A DNA stretch of 64,000 bases, from positions 5,394,001 through 5,458,000 of the forward strand of contig OZ024754.1 of the NCBI GenBank assembly GCA_964016885.1. Direction: 5' to 3'. Below the pieces are notes generated by a model. It searched no databases. It was given only the letters and a program-made list of their open reading frames with translations, and had not been told where the DNA came from. The position numbers and the translations under genes are program-made. Origin of the DNA: Eledone cirrhosa (taxonomy: Eukaryota). Positions within the stretch are counted from its first letter, which is position 1. Each line of letters starts with the position of its first letter. Below are positions 1 through 14,978 of this stretch, piece after piece.

Positions 1-184
1 GAGAACAAGATAAAGGGATATAGAGACACACAATAGACTATCTAATAAAACAAACCAGACACACACAGACAGAACAAGCAACCGACTGGTAATAAGTAAA
101 TAAACATACAAATAAATAAATAAACACATACGCACCCATTGAAATATCGCATGCGCAACCCAAGTACATAGCACACAGATCATA

Positions 185-469
185 AAACAAGATGGTGTAG
201 GACAGAAAAAAGGAGAGACACAAAATAAAAAAAATTAGTCATTTGAGAAGGTGACAGAATGTGTGGCGAAAGAGCTTTGACAATAAACAAATAAACAACC
301 ATCCGGTTATTAAACTAACCAATTGAACATTTATAATCAATTAAAGTCAAAACCAACAGGTGCGTGTATTGGCAGCATGGACCCCTTATGGCAGCATGGC
401 CCTCCCAAAGTATACCAATACCTGTTTCAACACACGATTTCAGATAAGAAATCTTGTGTGTAAAACGAA

Positions 470-470
<1 letters not shown>
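185..470 (+). mobile_element. Family A short PLE-like element (decayed hammerhead), copy 1
   Basis: Aligns by eye with 8460-8745 (gatgg(t/c)gtaggacaga...cagaatgtgtg(g/a)cgaaaga(g/a)ctttgac...aaagtata(c/a)caata...tgtttcaacacacg). Ends in (TA)n. The CUGAAGA box has decayed. Confidence 0.6.
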
Positions 471-509
<39 letters not shown>

Positions 510-652
510 GGATACTATTTATGGTTATGTATATTTTCAACTTTCATATATATAAAGAGAGAGAGATAGATATACATATATATATATATATGTATATATA
601 TATATGTATACATATGTATATATATATGTATACATATATATATATATATGTA

Positions 653-685
<33 letters not shown>

Positions 686-1035
686 GTATATCTATCTATA
701 TATATGTATATATATGTGTGTGTGTGTGTAACTATGTTCTTTTGATTGTGTATTATCAGAAAAGGCCACTGCTTCAGTGATTGCCTGATTAGTTTTATGG
801 TCTTCAAATAAAGCACCGTAATATTTGTGCCTACATGGTTCCGTATAAACTCTTCAAATTCTTCGCAAATGTCATACTTCCTTATTTATCTCTAGAATTT
901 CCTTATCATTTTCCTTTGAACCTTTTACTTCAGTCTTTGCAAAACAAAAAAAAAACTCTTATAGCTGTTGCTGTTTGGTTTGTTGTTAATACTTCGTAGG
1001 ATTGTTTGAGTGGTTATTTTCGTTTATAGTCTGAA

Positions 1036-1262
1036 TAATGATTTCGAATTTATGCTCAAGTCCAACAATTTGTTATGAGGAGGGGGAGGGGGGGTCGACT
1101 ATACACGCCCCTATATTTGACGGTTAATTTATTTTATCGACTTCCAAAGGAGGAAAAGTAACGTTGACCTCGAACGAATTCGAACTCAGCACATATATAT
1201 CCGAAACAAAGTATGCAGAGCATTTTATCCGAAGCTTTGATAATTCTATCTATCCATCACTC
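1036..1262 (-). mobile_element. tRNA-derived SINE family 1, diverged copy
   Basis: Minus strand carries the gagttcgaattc B-box and gtcgataaaataaa central motif shared with the many better copies in the window. Confidence 0.65.
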
Positions 1263-1754
1263 TGCGATTCTTAAATATAATAAGAATATTACGGTTACTA
1301 AAATTTGGCTAGAACCCTGTACATGTGTAGGGAGAATATAATTAATTATAACGAGTGCAATACGTCACTGGTATTTTATTTTTCGATGCTGAGAGGTCAA
1401 ATAATAAAGTTGGCATTGATGCATCGAAAGAAATAGGGGCTAAGCATTGTTTCCGACGCTCAGACGAATCTGCCAGCCCACACCCTAATAATACGAATTA
1501 TAATGGCTTCTGATTAAGGCAGAAGGCTGTGGGGGAAAGGGTTTGGGGGAAGGGGGCATGGTGATTAAATCCACACCAATACATTACTGGTGCTTTATAT
1601 TATCGACCTCGTAATTGACTATTAATACAGTTGTTTTCTACGATTGGATTCCCATTTTCCAAATACATACACATGTATATACGCAAACACGCACCCACAC
1701 ACAAAAGCACGCACCACCCCACACAAACACACACACATTCACACATACACATAT

Positions 1755-1802
<48 letters not shown>

Positions 1803-1841
1803 GGAGAGAGGGGTAGAGAGAAAGTGACAAAAAAAGAGAGA

Positions 1842-1936
1842 GGATGTCCAAAAAAATGTATACATATTTTGATTACCTGTACAGGCAATATTTATTAGAA
1901 TGCTGTTGAAGTGTGTATACATTTTTGGGGACACTA
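1842..1936. mobile_element. Tc1/mariner-type MITE (~100 bp), copy 1
   Basis: TIR-like ends (g)gatgtccaaaaaaatgtataca / tgtatacatttttggggacac. Internal sequence nearly identical to 42877-42977. Confidence 0.75.
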
Positions 1937-2459
1937 TATATATTTATATTTATATGTGTGTGTGTGTATGTGTGTGTGTGTGCGTGTGTGTGTAGATGTG
2001 GATGAGTGTATTTGTATATATATATATATATTTAGAGAGAGAGAGAGAGTGAGTGAGTGAGAGGGGGAAGAGAGAGATACTTATGAGTGTGATCGTGTGC
2101 TTCCACTGCATAAGTAACCATAAAATATTTCTTTAAGAATTCAAAATTGAAAGTACATCCGTTCTTTTGGGGATTTCATATTTTTAATCAATTTAATCTA
2201 TTATTTTTTTTAAAACGCTAAATATCTCAATTCCATGAACAAAAGAAATAAAAGGGCCAGATAGAGAGTTTACTTATAAGTAAATATTTATGAAGGAATC
2301 AAGTTTTGAAGTTAAAACAGTGGAAACTTTCAATTTTGGCATTTTAGAGGGAATAAAACCTACCAAATATTGGGTAAGAAATTTAGCTAAACTACGAGGA
2401 AGCTTATGAAAAAAGAACAAGGAGAATATAAGACAAATAATAGACACAGAAAAACAGAC

Positions 2460-2515
<56 letters not shown>

Positions 2516-2557
2516 ATGTGTATTGCCTGTGTGTGTATATATATATGTATATATGTA

Positions 2558-2659
<102 letters not shown>

Positions 2660-2793
2660 CATATATGTATATATATACTTATATACATATATGTATATAT
2701 ATATATATATATATATGAATATATATGTATATATATATATATATATGAATATATATGTATATATATACATATATGTGTATATACATATATACA

Positions 2794-2891
<98 letters not shown>

Positions 2892-2902
2892 CATACATAA
2901 AT

Positions 2903-2942
<40 letters not shown>

Positions 2943-2946
2943 ATAC

Positions 2947-2980
<34 letters not shown>

Positions 2981-3383
2981 GAAGTATGTAATAATCTAAG
3001 AAAAAAGTGGATATTTTTTCAAAAGAAGCTCCATACAATTGAAACCTTATTTCTTTGTTTCCTTGACTGTTTGTATTTTATGTCCAATTTAAAATTCCCT
3101 GCGAGAGTTAAAACCGAATATATTTTAGACCAAAAAAAATATTCCATAGACAAAGAAAGAATGAAAACAATAAGGCGGAAAATGTTTTAAAAAATGTTAC
3201 TGATAATTTTAATATTCTTGTATTCGGAAACAAAAATCACCGCACCCATTTATGTAAGTTGGAGAGGGGAAAAAAAAATAACGATAAAATGAATATTTTA
3301 AAACTTCTCGAATTTGTATTTAAGATTTGTGTCATAGATTTTTATAATGTAGAGTATTGTGATAGAGCTCACTCTCCTCCTCA

Positions 3384-3463
<80 letters not shown>

Positions 3464-3605
3464 CTGCTCTCTCTGCCTCTCTCTACCTCTCTCTCTCTAT
3501 ATATATATATATGTATTCCTCCCTCGGTCTTTCTGCCTCTCTCTCTCAATTTCTCCTCATTATGTGTATATGAATATTATGAAAGTATACATATATATAT
3601 CTATG

Positions 3606-3708
<103 letters not shown>

Positions 3709-3804
3709 TGAGGGGCGGGGGCTAAGTGTGTGTGTATTTATATTTAAGGATTATTTACCTACATATCTACATCTACAATCTGTACGGAATGCATCATTGT
3801 ATTA

Positions 3805-3844
<40 letters not shown>

Positions 3845-3940
3845 TCACACATACATACCCCTTCTCGCTCTATATATATATATAATTATACACACTCACC
3901 TATACTCTTACACAATTACACAAATCCTCACGCATATATC

Positions 3941-3978
<38 letters not shown>

Positions 3979-3987
3979 ATGCAGAGC

Positions 3988-4067
<80 letters not shown>

Positions 4068-4332
4068 GAGAGAGAGAGACATATGTAGGTATACATATAG
4101 GTGTGTATTTGTAGGTGTGTGTTCGTTTATAAGAATACATACTTACAGACATAAATATACACCATTTTCTTTTTTCACTTGAAATATCTAAATATTTTTT
4201 TGTTACTTTTAAATTGTCTTTACTTTGAACAAAGATTAAAAGTTTATCATTATTGTTCATGTATATATATATTGATATGTATGTACGTATTTATATTTAT
4301 ATTTATATATATATATATGTATATATTTATAT

Positions 4333-4442
<110 letters not shown>

Positions 4443-4542
4443 TTATCTGTGTGCCCTACTCCCACTCCGTGTGTCCTTCGTTATTATGTCTAACATTGCA
4501 TAATCCGTAAATATACTTATATCATTTAGTTCTACTTTTTCG

Positions 4543-4594
<52 letters not shown>

Positions 4595-4770
4595 ATTTTT
4601 TTTTTTTTACATAAATATATAAATATATAAACATAAATATATATATATATATATATATTTATGTTTATATATATATATATTTTTGTAAATATATATATAC
4701 ACAACATATATGTATATATATAGAGAGATAGATAGATGGATATACATATAGATATATATTTATATATATG

Positions 4771-4842
<72 letters not shown>

Positions 4843-5039
4843 TTTCATACAATATTTATGGTGATTTTTCTTACGAGTATATATAATGGAACTAAATCCT
4901 TTCTATATAATTACGATTTAGTTTTTTTTTAATATCTTTTAATGTAAAATTTTGAATTTTTCAAAGTAAAAATAGTAAACATTCTCTTGAGCTGGGCTTT
5001 GTTTGGTATAGCTTTATACGGTTACATTGTTGTTTATGA

Positions 5040-5209
5040 TGTCTCTATAACGATGGGGGTGGCGACGTCGGTGACGAAGATGTGACGATGATGATGGTGG
5101 AGATGATGATGGTGATGATGATGATGGTGATGATGACGACGATATTGATCATCAACATCATTATCATTATCATGAGATACGATGTTGGTGGTGATGATGA
5201 TGATGGTGG

Positions 5210-5282
<73 letters not shown>

Positions 5283-5319
5283 CGTGATGTTGATATTGAC
5301 GATGAGGATGTTGATGCTT

Positions 5320-5361
<42 letters not shown>

Positions 5362-5490
5362 TTGATGATGATGATGATGACGGTCATGTTGATGACGACG
5401 ACGATGATAATAATGATGATGATGATGATGATAAAGATTATGATGCTGATGATAATGATGATGCTGATGATAATGATGAGGGCGACATCG
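5040..5490. repeat. (GAT)n-rich trinucleotide microsatellite
   Basis: Long imperfect GAT/GGT array that produces the poly-D/M/I ORFs. Confidence 0.95.
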
Positions 5491-5559
5491 ATTTTAATAT
5501 TACTATTACATGATAGATTATATTTAGTTATTATCATTATTATCAATGAAGGCGATGCT

Positions 5560-5712
5560 GCATAGAGTTGAGTTACGCCCCTTTACGGTCTCAGTTCAAC
5601 TCCCGCCGAGGTTAAGGTTGCCTTTCATCCTTACGGGTTCGATAAAATAAAGTACCAGTAATTCACTGAAATAATTGCTGGCCTTGTGCAAAAAGTAGAA
5701 ACAATTATTATT
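5560..5712 (+). mobile_element. tRNA-derived SINE family 1 (5'-truncated)
   Basis: gttcaactcccgccgaggttaaggttgcctttcatccttacgggttcgataaaataaagtaccagt...gtagaaacaattatt. Confidence 0.85.
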
Positions 5713-5939
5713 ATATTTGAGATAATTATTATCGTCAATGTTTTTGTTCATATTATAACAGTTTTCTTCGTTTCTTGTGTTAAATGGAGATATAAATGTT
5801 ACCTTTACTATTTGGATTATAGAAATGGTTGAGAGAGAGATGAGGAAAATAGCTTGTTGTATTTAGATACACCTAACTTTGTGGTTTCTATTTTCGAAGA
5901 GGTCGACTCCTTGTTTTGCACTACGTTCGAAAGGTTAAC

Positions 5940-6185
5940 TCACTGCTCCTTGTATATTAGAGAAAGGATCGATCGAGTTTCGTCACATCAGACCGCGGAA
6001 ACAATGTTTCCGTTGGTCTTTCCAGTTGCTAGTACTATATATCGGTCGCAACTCCAGGAAGAAGGAGCAACGTGAAATGAAGTGTCTTGCTCAAGGACAT
6101 AACGTATCGCTCGGTACAGGAATCGAACTCATAACCTCAAGATTGCGAATCCAATTCTCTAACCACTCAGCCACACGCCTTCGCC
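5940..6185 (-). mobile_element. tRNA-derived SINE family 2 (CORE-like domain)
   Basis: Minus strand: A-box (tggctgagtggttag), B-box (gagttcgattcc), then tccttgagcaagacacttcatttcacgttgctcc. Confidence 0.8.
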
Positions 6186-6460
6186 TAGTATATTAAGTAT
6201 AGACTAATCTATATCATCATTTTAATGTATCGTTCTATCGTGTTGTTTTTCTCTTATATTTCTCTAGGTTAGAATTTAAGGGCTAAAATACTCGCTTGAC
6301 TGGGGTTCCTTCTATGAGGACCTTCTGCTGTCCAGATCTCCCGAGAGACTCTTATTTCATATATGTGTGTGTATATAGGGATATATATTTCAAATACCAT
6401 GAAGTTCAGTATTGCCCTTGGAAAGCCAGGGACATATAAGGCCACGAATGAAGACCGTGA

Positions 6461-6528
<68 letters not shown>

Positions 6529-6754
6529 ATAGTAGTAGTAGTGGTGGTGGTGGTGGTGGTGGTGGTGGTGGTGGTGGTATTGTTTTCGCTAGTGTAAGTT
6601 TACTTTCTAATTTACTATCCATTCTCTCACTCTTTATATATATCTGAATATAATCGAATGTTAAGCATTTCTTAATTTAGGTTTTTACATGCGATTTACT
6701 GAGCGTATGTTTGTGTGTAGCTGTTTAGAATATACACACACATATACATGCATA

Positions 6755-6833
<79 letters not shown>

Positions 6834-7055
6834 GTGTGTGTGTGTGTGTACTTATATGTATGTGTAAGTATGTGTGTACAGGTCTATGTACGGTATGTAT
6901 AATTGAGATTATCTTCTGTATATGTGAGTGGTTTTAAAATAAAATGCCATGGGGGATTTTCGGATTACTTTCTGTAACGTATTTAAATACTTTCTATAAT
7001 ATATTTCAAATTTATACATTCTAAATGATATATACATTTCATATATATATATATG

Positions 7056-7126
<71 letters not shown>

Positions 7127-7194
7127 AAAATTCGTATACTTATATTAAAAACTTAAATTTCAGTATATATGAACATATATAACTTAAAACATTT

Positions 7195-7252
<58 letters not shown>

Positions 7253-7298
7253 TATATGCATATATACTTACATATATCTGTACTGATACACACACTTC

Positions 7299-7336
<38 letters not shown>

Positions 7337-7753
7337 CAGAGAGTCAGAGGTAGGGAGAGAGAGGTAAAATCCTGACCGTATATGCATACATGCATAACCA
7401 CTTATATATATTCGTACACACATGAATTCATTTAAACACTCATACATACATACATGCATACCTGCAGTGAATTTACGAAAAAAAAGTATCATAAAAATAT
7501 ATATATATATATATATATATATACATGCAGGGAGTTGTATATCTACACTTGTATATATGTGTATATATATATATATGCATTATCGAATGGTGTGTGGGGG
7601 AGTTAGTGGATAAATGTGCAATATGTCTAAAACTTTTCATGGCAAACTTCTAACTTCTACACTACCTTCAGATGGTTTCTTGTTGTCTCCGAACTTTCCT
7701 AACTCCATCTAAATATACTTACTTAAAGTTCAAACACACACACACTGTGTGCA

Positions 7754-7796
<43 letters not shown>

Positions 7797-7799
<3 letters not shown>

Positions 7800-7854
7800 C
7801 GAAGGAGTTGTGGTAAGGAACCAGATGGACTATAACGCACGGGAGTACTCAATA
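7797..7854 (-). mobile_element. Family B element, terminal fragment
   Basis: aacgaaggagttgtggtaaggaaccagatggactataacgc...gtactcaata matches the terminus of 46289-46481 and 25832-25974. Abuts (TA)n. Confidence 0.75.
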
Positions 7855-7939
7855 TGATTCCAGTTCCTCAGAGAAATAACAACCCAACGAGGAACTGGGC
7901 ATATCAGAGTATTGACAAAATTATACCACACTAATTCGG

Positions 7940-7994
7940 ACTGCCTGAAGAGGTCACATCCAAAGATGGCTGTCACCGAAATATATATAGCAGT
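7940..7994 (+). ncRNA. Minimal type I hammerhead ribozyme motif (PLE-type), intact
   Basis: Stem I ACTGC 7940-44 / GCAGT 7990-94. CTGAAGA 7945-51. Stem II GGT...ACC with internal catc-caaa-gatg hairpin. GAAA 7978-81. Palindromic TATATA stem/loop III. UA cleavage site after 7989. Confidence 0.8.
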
Positions 7995-8144
7995 AGCAAA
8001 CGAAGCTAAATTTTAAACATTTGACTTTTTATTTTACTTTATTTTACATTACTCCGGAGTAACCAAACCAACCTGCGCACTTCGTCGAATGCTCCAGCCT
8101 GCATACTTATGTGTTGGTATACAACCAACATATACTTAAAATAT

Positions 8145-8410
<266 letters not shown>

Positions 8411-8459
8411 TTTATCCGTTTATGTATTTATATATATATATATGTATATATATATTGAC

Positions 8460-8745
8460 TGATGGCGTAGGACAGAACAAAGGAGAGGCACAAAAACAAA
8501 GAAAAAGAATCCCCAGTCACTGAAGAGGTCACAGAATGTGTGACGAAAGAACTTTGACAATATATAAACAATCATCTGGTTGTGGAACCAACCAACCGAA
8601 AATTTATAAATTTATTATAATAAATTGAAGTGAACGCATCTGGTGCGTGTGTTTCTTATTGGCAACATGACCCTGCCAAAGTATAACAATATCGGTTTCA
8701 ACACACGTTTTCAGATAAAGAATCTTGCTAAACAAATTCAAAAAC
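8460..8745 (+). mobile_element. Family A short PLE-like element with hammerhead motif, copy 2
   Basis: Hammerhead 8516-8558: GTCA-CTGAAGA-g-GTCAC agaatgt GTGAC-GAAA-gaac-TT-TGAC. Lies between (TA)n tracts. Confidence 0.7.
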
Positions 8746-8748
8746 GAA

Positions 8749-8802
<54 letters not shown>

Positions 8803-9553
8803 GTATATGTGTGTGTATGTGTATATATATATATCTATATGAGTATATATATAGATAGGTATATACGCATACATAAATACATATATACATATATGCATGC
8901 ATATATACATATATACCATCATACATACATATATATACACACAAACCTACAAACATACATACGTATATAAATACATACATAAATACAAACATAAATACAC
9001 ACATACATACATACATACATACATACATACATACATACATACATACATACATACATACATACATACATACATACATACATACATACATACATACATACAT
9101 ACATAGTCTACAAATGGCTGCGATAGCTGGCACCTTCAAAATTTGCAAAACATTCTTGCGATTCAAGGGATGACAATTTCTTTTCTTTTACAACCTTGCC
9201 ACCAGGAAGGTGGCCGGTCAAAAAAATATACTGGAAATTAAGAGAAAGCGAAAACATACATACATACATACATACATACATACATACATACATACATACA
9301 TACATACATACATACACGTTACAAGCAAAAAAAAAACTATGTAAGTGAGTAGGTAATGTGGAAAGGTTGCAAAGAGAGGTGGGGTGAGTGTAGAGAAGTG
9401 AGGAAGTGAGCGAGGTAGCAACAAGATTTACTACATTACAAGATAAACAATAATTTGGCTTCGATGATGGCATATTTTAGATGGCTTCATGTTTTGCTTC
9501 GTGGACGTCAATCTTCGGTATACAAATGTCATCACTGCCTCTATGTATGTATG

Positions 9554-9586
<33 letters not shown>

Positions 9587-9587
9587 G

Positions 9588-9644
<57 letters not shown>

Positions 9645-9919
9645 ATATATATGTACATATATGTATATATATATATATATGTATGTACATATATATATTT
9701 ATATATGTATGTATATATGTACATATATATATATATGTATGTATATATATATATGTGTATATATATATGTATGCATGTATTTATATATATATATATATTT
9801 ATATCTATATATATATTTTTGTATATATATATTTATATATATATTTATATGTATATATATATTTATATATATATGTTTATATATTTATTTATGTGTGTGT
9901 GTATGTATGTTTGTATATA

Positions 9920-10098
<179 letters not shown>

Positions 10099-10099
10099 G

Positions 10100-10130
<31 letters not shown>

Positions 10131-10181
10131 TTATATATTTATATATATATATATATATTTAGATGTGTGTGTATGTATGTT

Positions 10182-10237
<56 letters not shown>

Positions 10238-10316
10238 AATATACATATATATATATGGGGGTACATGTATTTATTTGTATGCAAGAATATACACACACAC
10301 ACACACACACACACAT

Positions 10317-10352
<36 letters not shown>

Positions 10353-10440
10353 GAACCATCCTGAGAGCTCTTAAAAATGCTCGTATGTCGTTTTGTTTTT
10401 CTGTCATTTCTTCTTCTTTTCTCTTCATTTTGTAATTCAG

Positions 10441-10532
10441 CATGGCAACAAGTGATTCGTCTAACGCAGATTAACTCTGGAAAATGTCAAATATTTGGCA
10501 TATCAGCCTATTGGTAGCTCGGTAATTAATTG
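10441..10532 (+). other. Candidate non-coding/UTR exon
   Basis: Long polypyrimidine tract ending TTCAG at 10440, and TTG|GTAAGT donor at 10532/10533. Stops in all three frames. Confidence 0.25.
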
Positions 10533-10835
10533 GTAAGTAAAACGATTATTGTGTAGGCAGCAATCACAGCTGCCAGAATCATGATCACGCCTGAAACAAG
10601 AAAACCTTGCTTCTTTTATCACGAAAGATGTTTTTTTTTAAATTATTTTTATTATTGTTCTTTTGCCACTGAGATAATTAATTAATGCCATTCGATGATA
10701 GGTGAATGCGAATGACAAAGATAATTCCAATCACAGTAGAAAAGAGTACGTATAATAATGATTTCTAACTTAAGAACAAGGACGGAAACCTGACAATGGT
10801 TTAATTTGGACTATATATATATATATATGTATATA

Positions 10836-11050
<215 letters not shown>

Positions 11051-11069
11051 TCATATATATATGTATATA

Positions 11070-11130
<61 letters not shown>

Positions 11131-11329
11131 TTAATACAATAACAGAGATAGTTTTAAGCTAAACTCTGACTGGTAACCATCTCACTCAACAAACATTAGG
11201 TTATATTTTAATACAATCCCAATTTAAGTGTTTGGGGTGCTAACAATATGTATTATGTGGAAAAGCCAGTTGTATTATTTTATGAGATATAATTAAAGTT
11301 AAAATATATCTCTATATATATATACGATA

Positions 11330-11470
11330 TTAACAAATAGAAACTATATTTATAAAACCATATTTATTTCATTATACATATTTCAAGGACACCAAGTTAA
11401 ATTATGGTGTGCTTTCATTAGATAAAATATAATATAGATGAGTTTTATAAATAAATATTGACATACCCTT
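11330..11470 (-). mobile_element. Family D hammerhead element, decayed copy
   Basis: Homologous to 28990-29150. Minus strand reads tattttat-CTAATGA-aagcacacc...ggtgtcctt-GAAA-tatgta-TA-atgaaata, with the core mutated. Confidence 0.65.
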
Positions 11471-11541
11471 AAAGAATGCAACCATTGCTGTTGGAAGCTC
11501 CCGGATAGTGGAGTTGTAGCTTTAATTATATTATTAGTATT

Positions 11542-11602
<61 letters not shown>

Positions 11603-11605
<3 letters not shown>

Positions 11606-12003
11606 GTCAGGTCTTCTACATGAGCATCCGTATGGTGGGGGATTTTTAGTTTGCCGGTGATATACGTTTTTATGTTGTTGGTGCAGTGCAAGAGTATTCT
11701 ATTTTTACTGTATGGCGATTAAATATCTTTCGGTCTTTATGGCCAAGAAGGAAATGGAGATCAGTGAGGCCTAAGAATTGTTTGCCTACTTTTGTATTCC
11801 CATTGCGTGAGAAAGGTGGTACGAACCATATGACATCTTTCTGTCGAGGTCTTTTCTTGTTCGGCGTAGGGCGGTGATCTGGAATGTATGTAAGATTTTC
11901 AGAGAAGCCGCTGTTCTTCAGCGATAAATTCTAGTAAGGTGCTGCCATATCAAAGATGGCTTTGCTGGAGGAGAGGTTGGAAACCCTCTTGCTAATGTTG
12001 TTA

Positions 12004-12004
<1 letters not shown>
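11603..12004 (-). pseudogene. Penelope-like element ORF fragment (RT C-terminus/linker, Naiad-like motifs)
   Basis: Minus-strand translation INNISKRVSNLSSSKAIFDMAAPY*NLSLKNSGFSENLTY...KKRPRQKDVIWFVPPFSRNGNTKVGKQFLGLTDLHF...KIFNRHTVKIEYSC resembles the PLE IIWFNPPYS...KIFNRNTVKISYSC signature as I recall it. One stop and a frameshift. Flanked on both sides by (TA)n. Confidence 0.8.
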
Positions 12005-12045
<41 letters not shown>

Positions 12046-12229
12046 TGTAGTATTAATGTGGGATCATGCCCCTGGTCGCATTGTTCATTGTGTCACTATT
12101 AGCTAACTTCTTGTGTTCAATCTGAGGAGATATTAATTAATTACTCTATCTTTGAGTGCTTTATAACAGTCTCCGAAAATTGCCTGCGAAACTGCTACTT
12201 GCAGCTGCAACTTCGATTATACTCATCAC

Positions 12230-12301
<72 letters not shown>

Positions 12302-12384
12302 GAGAATGTGTGAGATCTTTGGTACATAGTATATTTGAAAAAAAAAAGGAAAATATTGACTTCAGTTGTAGTTGGTATACTAAC

Positions 12385-12545
12385 TATCAGATGGACTTTC
12401 ACGTTGTTTCTGTCTACTTAATTTCACTCATCGTGCTTGGGCCAACCCGAAACTATGGTAACATGACTTGCGCGAGGTGTGACACAGTGGGATCGATCCC
12501 TGCATTTATGTTTGTATTGTAAACTTCTTAACAACTCAGCCATTA
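12385..12545 (-). mobile_element. tRNA-derived SINE family 3, diverged
   Basis: Minus strand tggctgagttgttaagaagttt A-box and gggatcgatcccactgtgtcacacctcgcgcaagt B-box/core. Confidence 0.55.
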
Positions 12546-12824
12546 CTGCAATCCAGAGAATGATATTTTTGGTCATTCGTCGGGTCCGGCGATGAGCAGT
12601 TTATATGTATGTCAAACTGAACAGCCAGCTCATGAAATTACCGCGCACATGACCGATCACTCGTCAACACATAACGCAATTCTCAGGGAGATTCAATGAG
12701 ATACAGTATGTGACAATGACAGCATTTTACATTGCAAACAAAAGTCTGTTTTGTTCAATGAATTAGACTCGTTTATGTAAAGTCTGTCTTAAGCCAGAAG
12801 ACTCGTTAGACTGGTTCAGTTAAG

Positions 12825-13023
12825 CCAGAAGACTCGGACGCCAGTTCATTGCAGGGTTAAACCCCCAGCTATTGCTGGTACTCATTTTCAGCTGAGTGTA
12901 CTGGAACAGCGTGAAATGAAGTGTTTTGCTCAAGAATGCAATACACAAGCCACCCCAGGAATCGAACTTACGACATTTAGATTTTAAGTCCAACACCTTT
13001 ACCTCTAGGCCACGCACCTCCAC
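12825..13023 (-). mobile_element. SINE family 2 (CORE-like)
   Basis: gctgagtgtactggaacagcgtgaaatgaagtgttttgctcaag...ggaatcgaact...ccacgcacctccac. Confidence 0.8.
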
Positions 13024-13162
13024 TGAATTAGTCTGGAGTAACCTTAAGTAAACAGTCATACTCAAGGACAAGAGATCCAACTTGGGTCTTTGTGTGCGAA
13101 CCTTCCCAACCATTTCTCCACACGAAAAAACTAGAAATAGGGAAAGGTATAACTTATAAGTA

Positions 13163-13356
13163 ATTGGCAGTATCGGTAGAGGGTCGGCGCCATGCTTTGA
13201 CGCATAGAGTTACGGCCCTTGCCATTCATTTTTTTGGTCTGAGTTCAAATCCCGCCGAGATTAACTTTGCCTTTCATCCTTACGGGGTCGCTAAAATAAA
13301 GTACCAGTAATACACTGTTTAATTGCTGGCCTTGTGCCAAAAGTATAAACAATTAT
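13163..13356 (+). mobile_element. SINE family 1, full length
   Basis: ttggcagtatcggtagag A-box, gagttcaaatccc B-box, central domain, AT tail. Confidence 0.9.
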
Positions 13357-13843
13357 ATGCATTAAAAAAATGCCAAAAAGAAAAAATATAAATATATGGT
13401 TAGAATGACAGGAAGTCCCATAGAGAAGTTGGTAGAGACATTGATATGTGTGGAGACAGAAACAGATTCGCACATATCGTTATATAGGTCCGCATAAAAA
13501 TGCATTTAATTATTCATATACAAAACACAAGTTAATGTGCACACATTTAGAGCACAGAGACACACGGTCTGTGCTGTGAGAGAATTCATTCATCAGCTGT
13601 CAACTCTTTATTTATACATAATAGTTATTCCAAGTATTTCTACCTTAGACCTAAAGCACTATATATACATATATATACATATATATATATATATATATTT
13701 TTTTTTTTTAACCAATACTCCATCTTTTGCTTAAATTATTTGTTTCTACCTGCGGACATTTATTCTCCATCACACCATATTTTAATGACCCGCAATACAA
13801 CAAATGACGATAGATATAATCTAATGGCATATTTTTATATGAA

Positions 13844-13928
<85 letters not shown>

Positions 13929-14248
13929 CGTGTATGTATGTGTGTGTGTATGTATACACGTTGGTATAGTATGCATACACGATGTCTTTATAAATACACA
14001 TATAGATATTTATTTGTGTGTGTGTGTATATATATACATACGTATACATATATATATATGTATGTATATCTCTATATATATATATATATGTGTGTGGGGG
14101 GGGGGGGGTTCTGTTTCTGTGTGTGTGTGTGTGTGTGTGTATTTTTGTGTCTGTATCGATAAGAGCTGGTATAGATAAGAAGTCTTTATGAAATATATAA
14201 ATATATATATATGTGTGAGTGTGTATGTGTGTGTGTGTGTGTGTTTGC

Positions 14249-14285
<37 letters not shown>

Positions 14286-14397
14286 AGAGAGTGTGTGTGC
14301 GTGTGTGTGTGTGTGTGTTTGCATATAACTATCCGGTTGATTTGCGAGGTATTGGCCTATTTGACATTTGAAAATATGGGTACTCCATTGCAGTTAT

Positions 14398-14589
14398 AAT
14401 AATTGTTTCTACTTTAGGCACAAGGCCAGCAATTACCCAGTACATTACTGGTACTTTATTTTATCGACCCCGTAAGGATGAAAGGCAAAGTTAACCTCCA
14501 CGGGATTTGAACTCAGATCGTAAAGGGACGTAACTATGCTGGAAAGCATGGCGTCCAACCCTCTACCGACACTGCCAATTCACCGCCAT
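14398..14589 (-). mobile_element. SINE family 1, full length
   Basis: Reverse complement of the family consensus, including the 5' ggcggtgaattggcag. Confidence 0.9.
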
Positions 14590-14917
14590 AATAATAATTA
14601 ATAAATATGACTATTTCTAGTTAGCAACCATAGTAATAGTTTGAGCAGCTGGGACTGACGGAGGTCCAATGGACATATAGCCTGTAAAAGATCTTTACGA
14701 GACAATGTTCTACCTCTGATGAGGAACCTCACGTACAAAATATAATGAAAGATGCTTTATTTCGAAACACAGTTCTGCCCAGCGAAATATGAAATATATG
14801 TAATTAATTCAATATGTAAATTGATTTTAGTTTCAAATGTCTCTTCATTTAATTTTTTACGTATACATTCCAATGTTTCTGCGTCTGTGTATCTGCATTC
14901 ATATATCATATATATAT

Positions 14918-14973
<56 letters not shown>

Positions 14974-14978
14974 ATATA

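Noticed and set aside
739-768. Resemblance to miR-315 (ttttgattgt...tcagaaa)
   Set aside because: Needs internal insertions, and no complementary star arm is seen.
5960-5995. Minus-strand ctgatgtgacgaaactcgatcgatc hammerhead-like string
   Set aside because: Core deviates, stem I is absent, and it lies in a SINE 3' region.
13163-13260. tRNA gene suggested by A/B boxes (many loci)
   Set aside because: These are SINE heads without a complete cloverleaf, followed by SINE body and tail.
14716-14780. CTGATGA...GAAAC hammerhead candidate
   Set aside because: No stem I complement after the putative cleavage site.
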